Positions 1 through 13,089 of a stretch of 64,000 bases of DNA are shown here, one piece after another; position 1 is the stretch's first letter, and each line of letters starts with the position of its first letter. The stretch comes from the human T2T-CHM13v2.0 reference genome, Homo sapiens. A program made the translations under genes and the position numbers. Location of the stretch: assembly GCF_009914755.1 (NCBI RefSeq), contig NC_060928.1; one strand, given 5' to 3'. Under the pieces are notes generated by a model that was not told the DNA's origin, did no database searches, and worked only from the letters and a program-made list of their open reading frames with translations.

Positions 1-1013
1 CCACATTGATCAAATTTGTTACCCTTAATTTTTAAAATCAAAACAAGCCACAACTTTTTTTATTGGGGGAATTAACATTATATATTACATGTTTTCCAAA
101 TATTTCAAAAGACTAAAATTCATGTGTTTGTTGGTTTGCAGTTTTTAGTAAAGTACCAGAAGGAAGGGGAAAGGTGTGGATATTGCTTCTTTGGGTTGTG
201 TGTTTAGGAAGGAAGCAGCCAAGGATACACCTGCTTTTGGCACTGGCTTAGGCACTGGTACAGCAAATGCCAGGTGTCATCTCAGAAGAGGCAAGAAATA
301 CGTGAAATACACACAGCCAAGCAAACAGACTTACACTGAAATGGTGTGATTTTCAACAAAAATATAACTGAGTTTATGGTCAACATACCACCATGTGATA
401 CAATAAAGTATTAGCATTCTTGTTTTTCTGTCTCATACTACATGATTATTTTTTAACAACAGCAGCAAAGTATTTACTTTTTTTTTCTAGGAGGAAATTA
501 ACATGGAAGCTTGACTGCATGCATGCTGAGTGTCACGTAATGTTACATTTGTAATACAGTGGAAAAATACAGCAGAATTTATCCTAACTTCAGGGAATAA
601 AATGCAAAGTATTTTAAAATAGAGTATTTAAATCCTGGAGGATTTGATTTTAAAATCAGCTTTCAAAGCAAAGATTTTGTGGGGTTTACTATTTACTATC
701 AACCACGCTGTGGCTTCTATTAAATGATTATGAGCCCACAGGGGAAGAATAAATTGTGTTCTTTAGAATAATCATTCTAAAATAAACATTTAGAGGTTCT
801 AGATATTATTTCAGGGTCAAATGAATTAGTTGAACTATTTTGTTGGTTATATTGGGTATCCCTGCCTTTGACCCAATACAGATGACTATGAGACATATTT
901 TCTTCCAAGTGATTAGCTGATGGCCACTGACTGGCAAGGTTCAGCTGCTACTATAGGTGTATAGGTCCCCAAAGCAAGACCTGACAAGAAGGCAGGTAGC
1001 AAAAAAGTGAGAC

Positions 1014-1031
1014 AGAGAGAGAGAGAGAGAG
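1014..1031. repeat. (GA)n microsatellite
   Basis: agagagagagagagagag. Confidence 0.85.
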
Positions 1032-4030
1032 CACTACTTGGTCACTATCGACCACCTTATCATGGAGAAACTAAGGAAAGGAGATTAAAATAATCTTAAT
1101 TAGCACATATGATGTGTAATTCACACTCTGTTCCTATGCTCTCGGTTGATTCAGTCATCATTATTCCATTTCCAATATCTGCTCATCCATCATACCAAAA
1201 TGATAAGTCCTAACGACGACAACAAAAACACATTCAGTTTTAAAGTAAAAATTCTGACCTCTAGATAGGCTGAAGAGAATTGCTATAGAAATAAATATAG
1301 GAAGAGAAGAGATACACTTTATTTCTACTTTTCTCCCCTTCATGTCAAATAATTTGTTAGAGTTTTAAAATACATTTTTCTCCCTTCCACAACAGAGTCT
1401 GGTCGATAAATCCAAGTGAGAAAACTAAAATCTGAAACAACAAGGTTCACGCAGCCAACTAGAAAAGTCTCTACATTAAGCTGACGACTGACCTACTGTG
1501 GCTATTTCCAAGGTAGCATTCCATCGACCTGGTATTGGCAATGTTGTGACAATAGTCTTTACTCTTTAACATTCATACTTCACCATATGAATGTTAAACA
1601 GACCCAGGACAAATAAGCTGAGGGTGGGGGCTTCTCTTGTCCTTAGAAGGATATTTTTCAATTACATATTTTGTTACATCCTAAGAGATAAAAGCTGTAT
1701 CTGCAAGTGATTAAAAGATGTTTTATATTCATGGTTTCATTTCTGCTGAAATAAATGCGTAATTTAAACCAAACATAATTCATAGCAATTTAGGCCTATT
1801 ACAGAGTTCTAGCTTCTTTTTTATGATAGTTACTAATTAAAACAGAGTGTTACTGCCACACTAAGCCTAAGTCTTTGACATACAGGTTTAATGAATAAAA
1901 TGTCCTGACACAAAAATGAAAGCAATAATGCAGACAAGGCTGCAAGCTGTTATGTTTCAAGTGTGTGGTAAAGATTAAGGGCATTCACTGAAGTGATGAA
2001 CTGTGCAGAGAAGGACCTTGTAATTTCTTTCTCTAAAGGAAGAAGTAAAGGAATTTTTAGAGAAATCTGAAATAGTACTAATTTATCTAACTCCTAGGCC
2101 CCTCATTCCCAGTTGTCCCTCTCTCCCCTCCAAGAGTTTAAACTCATAAGAGTCACTTCTGAGGAATAAATGATGGGGTATTTTAATATAATCCTGAATA
2201 TAGGTTTAGATTGAAAATGGGAATTGGGACCATAATTAATTATGTTGCCAAGTTTTTTAAACTTTAAGAAGACAGATGGAGGCAAATGACATTTTATAAG
2301 AGTGCAACCTTCTAAAAGATCATAGATTAAAACTGTGGTAAAACGACAGTATCTTTTTTGACATTTGATTAATCCCATATGCAGAATGACTGAAGAATTA
2401 ATACGGTTTTGGTGTTTTCACTTTCTGAAACCACTGTAATAAGAGACTGACATAAACTCAAACCCCAGTATAAACACAGTCTGAGCGAAGGTTGCGGCCT
2501 TATTATCACTCTTAACAAACAATAATGATAATCATACCGATCGCCCTCACTACACTCTGCTTTATATACATATTCCCTCTCGGATCCATCCATCACTTCT
2601 TTCAAGATAATAAAACAATTCAATCCCATCAAATCCCCTGCAACCGCTCCCTTGGGAGGGATGTTTTATCTCTACTTCTCCGAACCCAGGGAGGATTTTA
2701 CTTGTTTGAAGGGGGCGGAGAATGGAGCGGAGTCCTATTTATTTCCATTGATGACTCCCCTGGTTCTCACAGGCGCTCAGGGACCGGGTGGGAGGAGGAG
2801 AGGAGGAGGTGCGGAGATTCCCTCCGTCAGAAAAGAAAAAGGGTTCAGGAAGCGAGGCAGCAGGAGGAGGGGTGGAGGGGGGAAAGAGAGGGTAGTGTGT
2901 TTGGGGAAAGCAGCAACTAAATGAAAAAATAAACTCTTCTTTGTGATTTAGCGGGATCGACAGATGAGAAGCAAATTTATCAACCCAACAAAGTTGCTAA
3001 AAAGAACTCTGTAAATAAATTTAAAGAAAAGAAGGAAAAAACATAACAACAACAACAAAACCCAGACATACACTCAGGTTCATTTCCCGCTCAAGGTCTT
3101 GGTTTTAGGGAGCCACCCGTACCCAAGAGCAAGAAATGGACAGCGCCCCGAAGGGGGCCAGGAGGGGAACCGCAACTTGGCCGGAGGGACAGCTCAGAGA
3201 CAGCGTAGAGGTGCCCGCGGCAAACTCCGAGGAGCTGATGCGGGGCGGGTCCGGGGAACTGCCGGGAGCTCTCACGCCTGGGCCTGGGATAGGGTGCGGG
3301 CAGAAAGGTGAACCGAGAGCGCACAATGCAACGAAACCGCACTCCAAATTCAGCAGTTTGCAAAGTGCCTCCAAGAAAACAGCTGGGACCTGCAATCACT
3401 CGTTCGGACTCCTAGGTTATCGGGGCCGCGGCGACTCCGCTCAGTTAGAAAGGTAGCGCGGGTGAGAGCGAACCCCAACTCACGCACAGACAGGACGAGG
3501 GCACGAAGCCGAGTCTCCTGGCTGGGGCCGGAGGGGGCGTCACCTCGGTGGCCGCTCTGCTCTCCGGAAGAAAGTATGAGCCGGTCCCAGGCCACCTCGC
3601 TCAGCCCAAGGAAGTTTCTATAACGATGCTCGCCTACCACGCAGAGGACAAATGAGGAGCCAGAGCGGTTGGGGGTCGGGCCAACCGAACTCCCGGCCCC
3701 GGCTGCGCAGCTCCCAGACGCCCACCAAGAACTCGTGCGCTGCCTGGACCTCTAGCTTTTCGCCCTACACGCAGACGCCCTCTGCAAAACCCCAGTCCCG
3801 CAGACTTTCCCTAGCGGCGGGAGGAGGGCATGAACCTGGAAAGGGAGGCAACAGCCCTCTTGGCAGGCGGGCAAAGTAAGTGTCCAGGCTAAGTCCGGGA
3901 TAAAGGCTCCGCGGCTCCCCAGACCCCACTGCACCCCGAGCTCCCGGGTCCCAGGTCTTCCCCGCCCTTGCGCTGTCTGTCCACCTCCTCACATCTCTCC
4001 GGGCCGCCCAGCTTCGAAAGCAGCTAAATT

Positions 4031-4080
4031 AAAAACAAACAAACAAACAAACAACAACAACAATAAAAAAAAAAAAAAAA
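4031..4080. repeat. (CAAA)n/(CAA)n/poly-A tract inside the CpG island
   Basis: aaaacaaacaaacaaacaaacaacaacaacaataaaaaaaaaaaaaaaa. Confidence 0.9.
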
Positions 4081-4290
4081 CGAGGGAAACCTGCTCCTGC
4101 CCCTCATGCCCTCAGCTCCTACGGATAGGGCGCCCTTGAGAAGCTTCTTGGGCCTTGAAGATTTGGGGGCGCGTGCCTCGAGCCCCCATCTCGGATGACC
4201 CTTCGGGCGTGAACGCTCCTTGTGCTAGGTCTCAGGGTGGCGGGCTAAGGCGTCGGGTCTCTGGGGCATTGCTTTCCTCTCCCCACTTAC

Positions 4291-4830
4291 CTTAAAAAGA
4301 TCTGTTTTTCGTAGGGAAAATAGAAAAAAATCCCTCCCCGTGGTGTGGTGTGCGAAATAGTCCACGTCCCCGGACCCTGCCAAGATGCTAAGCACCAATA
4401 TCCAGGAACGAGAAGCCTGGAGGGCGGGGACGGAGGCAGATAAAAGAGAAAAATTCAATCCGCTGAAGTGTCCCAACTTTGCGGTCGGCACAGCAAACTT
4501 CAAAGGCGGGCGAGGGCGGGCGGCGCGCGGTCGCCGAAGTTGCTGCGAAGTGGAGTAGGGAGCCGCGCGGGGCTGGGGAATCCCGGGGCAGCGCCGAGAA
4601 GCGGCGGGAGGTCCTTTTAAACTGCAGGGAGCGTGCGGGGGCTGGGCGGCGGGAGGATGCCGCAGCGACCCGCGGGGCTGGCGCGGGCTTCGCCGGCCGC
4701 CGCTAGTCGCACAGGCGCCTGGCTGGAGCGCCGCGCGGGGTGCTGGGAGAGCCGGGCGCACGGGGCGGCAGCGGCCGTGGCGGGTGCGCTGCTCAGTTAG
4801 CTCCACTCTCTCGCGGCTGGAAGTGGGGAG
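4291..4830 (-). other. NDNF: Non-coding first exon (5'UTR), probably NDNF (neuron-derived neurotrophic factor); TSS approximate
   Basis: Seen: consensus donor TTTTTAAG|GTAAGT on the minus strand (exon end 4291), location in a CpG island, and no minus-strand ATG between 4291 and 5018. Gene identity rests on recalling that the NDNF mRNA 5'UTR ends ...AAACAGATCTTTTTAAG just before the start-codon exon; not alignment-verified. Confidence 0.65.
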
Positions 4831-4985
4831 TGTGTGTTCGCTCCCGAGTGTCACTGCTGAAGCCCGGAGTCTCTTCCCCTCCCAGCCCTAACCCCTCCCG
4901 CCTCACCGCTGCCCGCCCGCCCCCTCCCTCCTCTGCCCGTTGCCTCCCCCTCCGTCCCTCCTTCTCTCCCTCCCGCTGCGCGCCA

Positions 4986-5110
4986 GCGCGCACGCACACA
5001 CACACACACACACACACTCATACACATACACACACTCACACACAGACACCCTCTCCCTCCTTTTCTCTCTCCCTGTAGCCCTCCCTCCCTCTCTTTCTCT
5101 CACACACACA
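4986..5110. repeat. (CG)/(CA)n microsatellite with CT-rich spacer
   Basis: gcgcgcacgcacacacac... to ~5045, a CT-rich tract, then (CA)5 at ~5101-5110. Confidence 0.9.
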
Positions 5111-6114
5111 CCACCCTGCTCAGCGACCCAGCGCTCCCCAAACAGGACCCTCGCGGGCGGCATCGCGAGGGACACGCTGCTGTCCTAACCTTAGCGCCAC
5201 TCGGGGAGAATGAAGGAGGCCCACCGAGCCCCCGACAAAGCTGCAAAACCCAGGAGACGCGCACGCGGGACCATCACACTGTCAAGCAGACCGGGGTGCA
5301 CAATAGAGGGAAACTCTGGGGTTGATCTGGGGGCAGGGAGGGGGACGTGTTAAATCCAGAAGGTTGGTGGTTGGAGGCGGAAAGCAGAGTGTGCAAACTG
5401 TGCATTCATGTCCCACTTTTCACCCGAACGCCTGCCTATCACAGCCTTCACTCAGGGAGCGCTTCCCCCTCGGCGCAGACCGAGCCTCCTCCGATTTGAA
5501 ACTCAGCAGCTGTTTTAACAATTGAAAAAGCGGCCCTACAGGACCAGTGAAACGGAGCAGAGTGTGTGAAGCCATTAAGGCTGACTAGGTAATTATGATA
5601 AAAAGTTACCTAATTAGCAACCTGGCCTGGGCTTAGGAAAACCAAGAAAAAAAAAGTACCGAATGATTTGGTGATCTCATTTTTGCAACTGAGAACCTGA
5701 TTTCCAGCAAACCTGGTTTTATATAAGTTCTAATAATATATAATTATTTATTAAGATATAGTGTCAGTATTGAAAACACTAGTTCTGTTATTGCCACAAT
5801 GAAATTAAGGTAGGTAGGATGAAAATCAGCCTTATCCCGGTCATATTAAGAACTATGATCTTTTTTGCTAAACAGTTGGTCACAGAGGGTGGACCAATGC
5901 AGCTCCTAAAGTTTTGTGGTTCCTAGATGAAAACACTGCAGGAAATGGATTTATAAAACCGTTTACACGACATAAAATAGTTTTGTAAAATTTTTAAACA
6001 CTGAAAAGGACATTTCAGATCACTGTGCAAGCATATTTTTTGCAGATGAGACAACGAGGTGAGAAAAGTCCTCATTGTATCTCCACTTAGGAGATACGAT
6101 CTAGAGCAGATCCC

Positions 6115-7350
6115 TGGGTCATTCATTAACAAAGCTTACGAAGTCCCTGCTGTGTACCAGGTATGTCTTATGTGCTGAGATTTAGAGGTGATGGTGCTGC
6201 CTTTAAGGAACTCACCGCCTGGTGGGGAGACAGAGGCATAAATGAAAATGTGATTAGCACTATAATAAGTGCAGGTACCTGGTCCTGTGGAAGCATGGAA
6301 AAGGAAACAGCTAACTCCCCTTCAGAAGCTTCTCTTGGTAGAGATTTCAGTGTAGAGTTCTGAAAGACAAGGAAGAAATACAAGGCCAACAAGGATGTGG
6401 TGGAGGGGGGAGGGCATTCCACAAACAGAAGCAAGTGAAGAGGTTAGGAAAGTGTCAAAGTACATGGTGTGTCCTGGAAACTAGGAGACTAGGTGCGGCT
6501 AGACTGCAGGTGAAGTAAGCAAGGCCAAGCCACACAAGGCTCTCTGGGTGTAAGGAGCCAGAACTTGCCTGGAGGTGGTGAGTAGTTGGGAAACTGTTAA
6601 AGGTGTTAAGCTAGGACAGATTCTAAGGTTTGTAAGTATTATTAGATAATGTGTTTTAGAAGGTTTCCTCTGGTTTCACTGTGCAAGACAAATAGAAGAG
6701 AGATCACAGTGAGGTTATTTCCAGAGGAAAAATTAGGTCTGAACCAAGGCAGCAGAAATGCTGTTTGGGAGGTTAGGACAGCTCTAGAGATATTTAGGAA
6801 ATAGAATAGACAAGGCTTAGTGATTGATTGGACATAGAAGGTAATGGAGAGAAGAGAGTCTAGACTGACTCCCAGTTTTCTGGCTGGTGCGCTAAGGCAG
6901 GGATGGTGCCACTAGCCAAGAGAAACACACAGAGAGGAGCAGTTTTAGGAGGAATGTAATGAGTTCTGTCTTAAACTTGTGGAGTTGGGGGTGCCTCTGT
7001 GACATCTGAGTGCCCTGCCATTTAGGCAGCCAAAAGGAAAGTTCCTAGGAGGGTAGACAGGAGCTGGAAGGATACATTCAGGTGTCTGGCAAGCATGGGG
7101 GAGGAGTAAGGCAGCCAGGAAGAGAAGACTTAGGATGGGACATGGCAGACACCAATGTCTTAGACATGGATGAAGGAAGAGGACCCTGCAAAAGAAAAGG
7201 ATGAACACCAGAGAAGAAGGGCAACAGAGTAGGACCAATGAAGCCAAGGGAGGACAGGGCTAGTGACCAGGGTAGAAAGAGGCAGACAGATGAAGACAAC
7301 TAGACTGAAAAGCTGCTGCTCTTATTTACAAAAAGTCTTGGTATTCTTGA
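6115..7350 (-). mobile_element. LINE-2 3' fragment
   Basis: Starts with the reverse L2 3' end (attcattaacaaag...tgtgtaccagg). Typical L2 motifs follow (gattgattgg...gagagtctagactgactcccagttttctggct). Confidence 0.75.
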
Positions 7351-7819
7351 CCAATGCAATTTTAGTTTATGCTGCATGTATATGAGGATCACTTCCCTCT
7401 TTGGTACATTGGGGCAACACTATCTACCCCCATGCATTTCACAGGGTTGATTGGGAATTCAAATGAACCAGTGATTGGGGTATTGATTTAAAATTGCCAT
7501 TAGGAAGAAACTGAGTGCTAATGATGTTAGAGAGACATCATTAATTCAGGCAATTAATGACAGACCTGAGTCTGTAGGAAAGTTCTGTAAGGACTCTGTG
7601 AATTTCATAAAATTCATCAAAATATCTGTGTTTTGAACATCAGGATTTGCATATATCAGTATACTCTGTCTTCTAAAAAAACAAGCCACCGATAAAACCA
7701 GTGGCATTGTATATATTTATATTTATATATATATGTAAGTTATCTTCAGTGTTTTGAGAGACTTGGGTAATGTGCCATATTAGATAGAACATATGTTATT
7801 TAGCCAAACAGGCTTATAT

Positions 7820-7975
7820 TTAATTCTAGACTCTGAAAATTATTTGCTGTAGGACAAAACCTCTTTGAGCATCAGTGGCTTTTTTCAAATATAAAAATGG
7901 AATAAATTATAGTTGACTTACAGATGTTTTGTGAGGATTGGATAGTATAACATATTCAAGTGTTTGCAAGATATT
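7820..7975 (+). mobile_element. MIR SINE fragment
   Basis: MIR-core-like aacctctttgagcatcagt...tataaaaatggaataa...gttttgtgaggatt. Confidence 0.6.
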
Positions 7976-8117
7976 TACATATTTATATCTGCATTTACTT
8001 TTAAACCAGGCAATTCTTAAATATGCAATTGGAGGAAAAAGCCAAAAACTATTATAAAACCAAGAGTGAATTTAAGTCTATTTAGGAGAACTACTGGTTG
8101 AAACCTATGTTTTAAGG

Positions 8118-9497
8118 CAGCAGTCATCAAACTGGGGTTCGTAGACCCATGGGGGTTTCTGAGATCCTTTCAGGGGAGGTCTGCAAGGACAAAGCTAGTT
8201 TCATATTAATTCTAAGACATAATTTGCCTTCTTTGACTGTGTTGACATTTGCACTGATGATACGAAAGCAATGGTGGGTAAACCTGCTAGCACCTTAGCA
8301 TGTTCAAAGCAGTGGCACCCAACTATCCTGGTAGTTATTGTATTTTTTACTGCCCCAAATATGAGTTTCGCTTAAGAATGTCTTTGATGAAGCAGTAAAA
8401 AATACTTATTTTATTAAATTTCAACTCTTGACTATGTCTTTTTAATATTCCGTATGGCAAACTGGGAGGCACAAATAAAGCTCTTCTGCGGCATACTAAA
8501 GTGCAGTTGTTTATCCTGAACGAAGACATTTATGTAATTGATTTGTGAGCTAAACTACCTGCTTTTTTATGTGACATATTTTTACTTGAAAGAACAACTG
8601 ACAGACAAACTATGGTTACTCAGACTTGGATACTTAGCAAACACTTTTTTAAAAAAATTTTTTAACAAATGAATGAAGTCAGCCTGTCATTTCAAGGCAA
8701 ACAAACAGCAATATTTATTTCCAGTGAAAAACTTGAACTTTTGAGTAAAAAATTAGAATTTTTAAAACTTGTTTTTGTCACCATGAGCTTGACAGTTTCC
8801 CAGTACTTAAAGTCTTTCCTAGTAAGATCGTGATCATTTAAATGAATGTGGTTTTAGATATCGTACAATGACATATATCAACATTTGGAAGAACTGCATA
8901 GCTCAATGAACAAGTATTTCCCAAATGACTAATAATGCATCATGATCTAAAATCACGCATAAGGATCCATTCAAAATGCAAAATAGACGAACGGGTTTTA
9001 ATGTAACACAGTATGAAAAGTTAACTGATATGGTTTCATATTCCATACTGCAATTATAAGGTTTAAGAAACTACCATTTGTTGAGTTATGGTGTCACATT
9101 AAAGAAGAATATCCAGAATTGTTTGAAAAGATTATTGAAATGTTTCTTCATTTTCCAACTACATATCTGTGAAAAATTGGATTTTCCTTTGTTTGAAGAT
9201 ATACTTCAAACAAAATAAATTGCAACAGATTGAAAACAGACATGGTATGAGAATTCAACTGTCTTTTATTAAGCCAGACATTAAAGAGATTAACAAAAAT
9301 GTAAAACATTTCTTTGGAAAATAATGTTACTTTAATGTGCAGTAGGTTTACTATAGTTATTTAAATGAATTAATAAATATTTTAAAGATTTCTGTTGTAA
9401 TTCATAGGTTGACTATTGAAAGAAATAACCTATATAACAAAAACTCCTTGGGGTCCACAATAATTTTCAGACTGTCAAGTGGCCCTAAGAACGACTG
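8118..9497 (+). mobile_element. hAT-Charlie DNA transposon, Charlie1a-like, near full length, with decayed transposase C-terminal segment
   Basis: Degenerate TIRs cagcagtcatcaaa... / ...agaacgactg. The interior follows the recalled Charlie1 consensus (ttgacatttgcactgatg, gacaaactatggttactcagacttgg, aagccagacattaaagagatt). No clear 8-bp TSD. Confidence 0.85.
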
Positions 9498-9949
9498 TCA
9501 TATGAACTAGGCTCACTCATGAAAGAAGGTTGAAAGATCATCAGAAGCTTATGATAATATTCTGCCCATGGATTGGCCATCACCTCAGTTGTATTGTATA
9601 ATACAATTCTCATTTTACACAAATGTAAATAGATCCTTCTATACATAAACTTCTAGAGTGTTATAGTCGACATCTCTACATTGGGGGCTGGGACAACAGA
9701 ACCGATAGAAACCATCCTGCAAATCTTGAAGCTTGGATAAAACAGTATCACATCCCGGATCATACTAGCACCAGATAGTCTTTTGTCTGTTGGTTCAGTT
9801 TCAGTCTCTTCTTTAAACAGTTCAAGAAGTAGTTCTCTAAAGTCTCTTAAAAATTAATGATTATCTGTAATTTGACACCTCTTACACACTTAGCCAATGT
9901 AAAGTTGAAACATCAAGTCTGAGTCACCTTTTATTCTTCCTGAGGGTGT

Positions 9950-10290
9950 TTATTCCCTTAATAAACATTTGCTGAGCACCTGTTATATGCCAGCCCTCTG
10001 CTCGCTGCTGGGAACAAAGGAATAAATGAGGCCCTTGCTCTGAGGAACCTGCGGTGTAGTGAAGAGTTAAGCAATTAGCAGGTGATATCTTAAGGGAATG
10101 GGGCAGTGTGTAAGTCCATGACCAAGGTGAGAGTGCGGCCTTAGGGCAGGATTCTTGGAGAAAGTAACGTCTAAATAGAGATCCGAAGGATGGGTCAGTC
10201 ATCCTAGGCTAACGGAGGGAAGTGTGGGGTAAATAAGGGTTTGAAGGAAAAGGGAACAGCATAGACTATGACATATTCAGGAAATGTTAT
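9950..10290 (-). mobile_element. LINE-2 3' fragment
   Basis: aataaacatttgctgagcacctgttatatgccag... is a reverse L2 tail. Confidence 0.65.
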
Positions 10291-11924
10291 GAAATTAACT
10301 ATTACTTTAAAAATCACCCTAATTTTAAATATGTACATAAGATCAACCGATTTTCCTTGTTTTAGTTTGTTCAGGAAGTAGAATGGGATGTTTTAAGATC
10401 ATTATGGTACGTTTAACAATGTCTTACTTAAATCGGAATTGCCACTATCTTACAAAAAAGCACTGGATTAAAATAAAAGATTAAAAATTATATTTAAGCC
10501 CTCAAATGCAATTTGCTTGAATTTCCAACGATTAATTTAGGACATTGAAAAAATAATGTAATTCTTACTTTGTTCAAGTCACTGAGCACAGTGCTAAAAG
10601 AGATTTAAAAAAATCTAAAACTTAGTATTTGCCCAGAAAAAGTCTGTAAGATGAGTTTAGATATGTTTTCTTTCTTTCCTTTAGACACTCAGTAAATATT
10701 TATTAAATGCCTGTTATATTTCAGATGTTGAAGATACATTATTAAAAAGACAGATATTATTCCTGCCCACAGTATGATAGTGACTAGTTACTTGGCTTTT
10801 AAATATTACTCATAGCATCAGATGCCAAATGATAACAGCCAAAGGAGTGTTAAGAATTATAGGATGTAACTTATTCACCACTGGGAAAGGTTTGATTTGG
10901 TACAGAAGAGGATGAGAGCATCAAAACCACAGAAATGGCGTCCAGGAAAGGTTCACAGGAAGGAAATAACCAAAGTACATTTCAGAGGCAGTGAATAGAA
11001 TCATTTGGTGAGATGGATTTTGCTAACGAAGTTAACAGAAGAAGAAACTGGATACCTAGGTTGGGCAAATTGGAGAGACCATGTTAGTAGAGGTACAGGC
11101 TTCATCCTCTTGGCAGTGAGTAAAACCTAAAGGAAAAAAGCAATGAGACAAATGCCATTTGCCACACTTAAGAAGGACTCTGGTGGTTTGTAAAAGAGAC
11201 ATTCTCTTGATTGCAGTTAATGGGTTCCTCTGATATAAAAATCCCTGTTTTGTTTTCACTTCAGAGTATATATCCACCCATCATCCCATTTCTTGTGAAC
11301 ATTTTTACTAATTAGTGTATTACACTATATCATTTACATGATGGAAAAACTGAGGTATTTTTTAAAATGTCAATACTGAAAACATTTCCTAACCGCCTCC
11401 TGTGTTCTAGAAGAAGGAATCCACTGATAACGTTGAGTCTCAGCCTGTGATCCAACAACTATTCTGTGGTCCAGGTTCGTTGACCAAAGCAGCATGGATG
11501 GCTGTTTCCAGGAGCCTGCACTGTATCAATCATGTAGCAATGATAGTCAATGCAAGCCTAAGCTAGCAGCAGTGTTGGGAGGGTACTAAAGCTATGCATA
11601 CATGAAAATAAAGAGAGAGATGAGAAAATACTGGGCCAGCCTAGAGTATGAAAAGGGCTGAAAGAAACGGGTGGAGATAGATCCTTAAATATAACAGAGA
11701 GTTTGAGATTGTGTGATTAATACATTCCTATAATTTGAGTTCATTTAATAATTGCTTTATTTTCTACATCCCATGGCTTGTTTAGGCACAGCTAAAGAAG
11801 AACACTCTTTCATGTGAGCAGTTTGGCCCAAGTTCCTGATAGCTATGTGCCAGTGATATCATACAGCCTTAAGGCCACACAGACATAAAGCCTGGTTATT
11901 TTTTTAAATGTTTTGAAGCTGAAT

Positions 11925-12170
11925 GGCATCAGATGTAGTGGAAAGAACACAGACATCGGAGCCAGAGGTCTTGGGTACAGTTTCCTGCACTGACATTTAA
12001 TAACTTTGTGACTGTGTGAACTTGGAAAGTTATTTAATCTTTCTGAAGTTCAGTTTCCTCATCTGTAAAATGGGGATAATAAAATTTCTCTGATAAGGTT
12101 ATTGTTAGGGTTAAACTATTTTTAATATGTAAAGCATGTGATATATAATAGGCACTAAACAATTGCCTAT
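11925..12170 (+). mobile_element. MIR SINE
   Basis: MIR core: gtagtggaaagaacacagac...cagtttcctcatctgtaaaatggggataataa. Confidence 0.85.
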
Positions 12171-12384
12171 ATAATAATCACCAATTTTTACTCCCTGGAT
12201 TCAATTTCTGTTCAAATAAAACATTGCTTCTCCCTAATCAGAAAACCGTACTTTGTAAGTGAAAAAATAAAACAAAAGGAATCACTTAGACCTTGCTTGT
12301 TAGGATGGCCAAAATGATTAATTTCAGGTTTGACGAAATGTAACAAATCAAAAACTCTTTCCTTTACAAATTTATTCCAAAAAC

Positions 12385-12520
12385 AACCAGTGAAAAAGAC
12401 ATTATTTGCATTTCACAGATGAGAAAACGGAGGTTTATGGCCATCAGTGGCTGAGCAGGGATCGGAGTCTCATTCTGTCAAACTCTAAAGCCTGCGTTCT
12501 GAACCAACTCAAGCTGCCCC
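12385..12520 (-). mobile_element. MIR fragment
   Basis: Reverse core catttcacagatgagaaaacggagg. Confidence 0.7.
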
Positions 12521-13089
12521 AGGATATTCCTTGGAGCCTCTATCAACTAATTTCACAGATTCTTTTTTTTTCCTTTTTGCTGCTGTCATGTTAATGGGCA
12601 TTATTTAAAAAGGGATCTTACCACAGAATTTGATTTGGTGTCTCCTTGTTGACACCATATAAGAGCAAATCTAACCACATGTAGTGTTTTCACAAAAGTG
12701 TACCTATCCATCAATTCTAGCCACAAACCTCTAAGGTCAGAAATCTCAAAGATTAAGCCAGAGGGAGGTGGAATAGTCCAAACTGGTTTAGCTGCTTGAG
12801 TCTTCTCTTTTATTTGAAAATCACTTAAACTCTGTCATTGACACAGTATGAGTCCTTTCCTAAAGACATTTTAAAAACTAACTTCTCTATGAAAAGCAGT
12901 GAATAGGAGGGCTGACACAATTTTTAAAACTCTCAACATGTGCAGCTCATAAAAAGTAGGCATATGATTATATATACCTTTGATTCAACCAGTTTCTATT
13001 ACAAGTAACCTGTGAACCCTAGAACTTAGTTATTTTTTTTTTTAAAAAAAAGGAGGGGAATCTCCACCTTAACCTTTTGGCCATTTAAT

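Larger units (their letters stand above)
1..4290 (-). other. Intron 1 (5' part) of the minus-strand gene
   Basis: Lies downstream of the GTAAGT donor at 4290-4285; no recognisable coding exon in 1-4290. Confidence 0.65.
3090..5490. promoter_or_regulatory. CpG island / promoter region of the minus-strand gene
   Basis: GC- and CpG-dense block (e.g. 4510-4790) in an otherwise AT-rich, CpG-depleted background. GC boxes (gggcgg/ccgccc) at ~4422, ~4515 and ~4913-4924. Confidence 0.9.

Noticed and set aside
4111-4135. REST/RE1-like motif (ctcagctcctacggataggg); also half-sites at 3138-3147 and ~39404-39419
   Set aside because: Wrong spacing and several mismatches versus TTCAGCACCACGGACAGCGCC.
4225-4854. 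209-aa minus-strand ORF as a protein-coding gene
   Set aside because: Non-ATG start, Pro/Arg/Ala-rich CpG-island composition, runs through the splice donor into the intron, and has no recognisable domain.
8118-9497. Charlie1 element as a domesticated transposase
   Set aside because: Internally deleted form with many stops and frameshifts; no long ORF.
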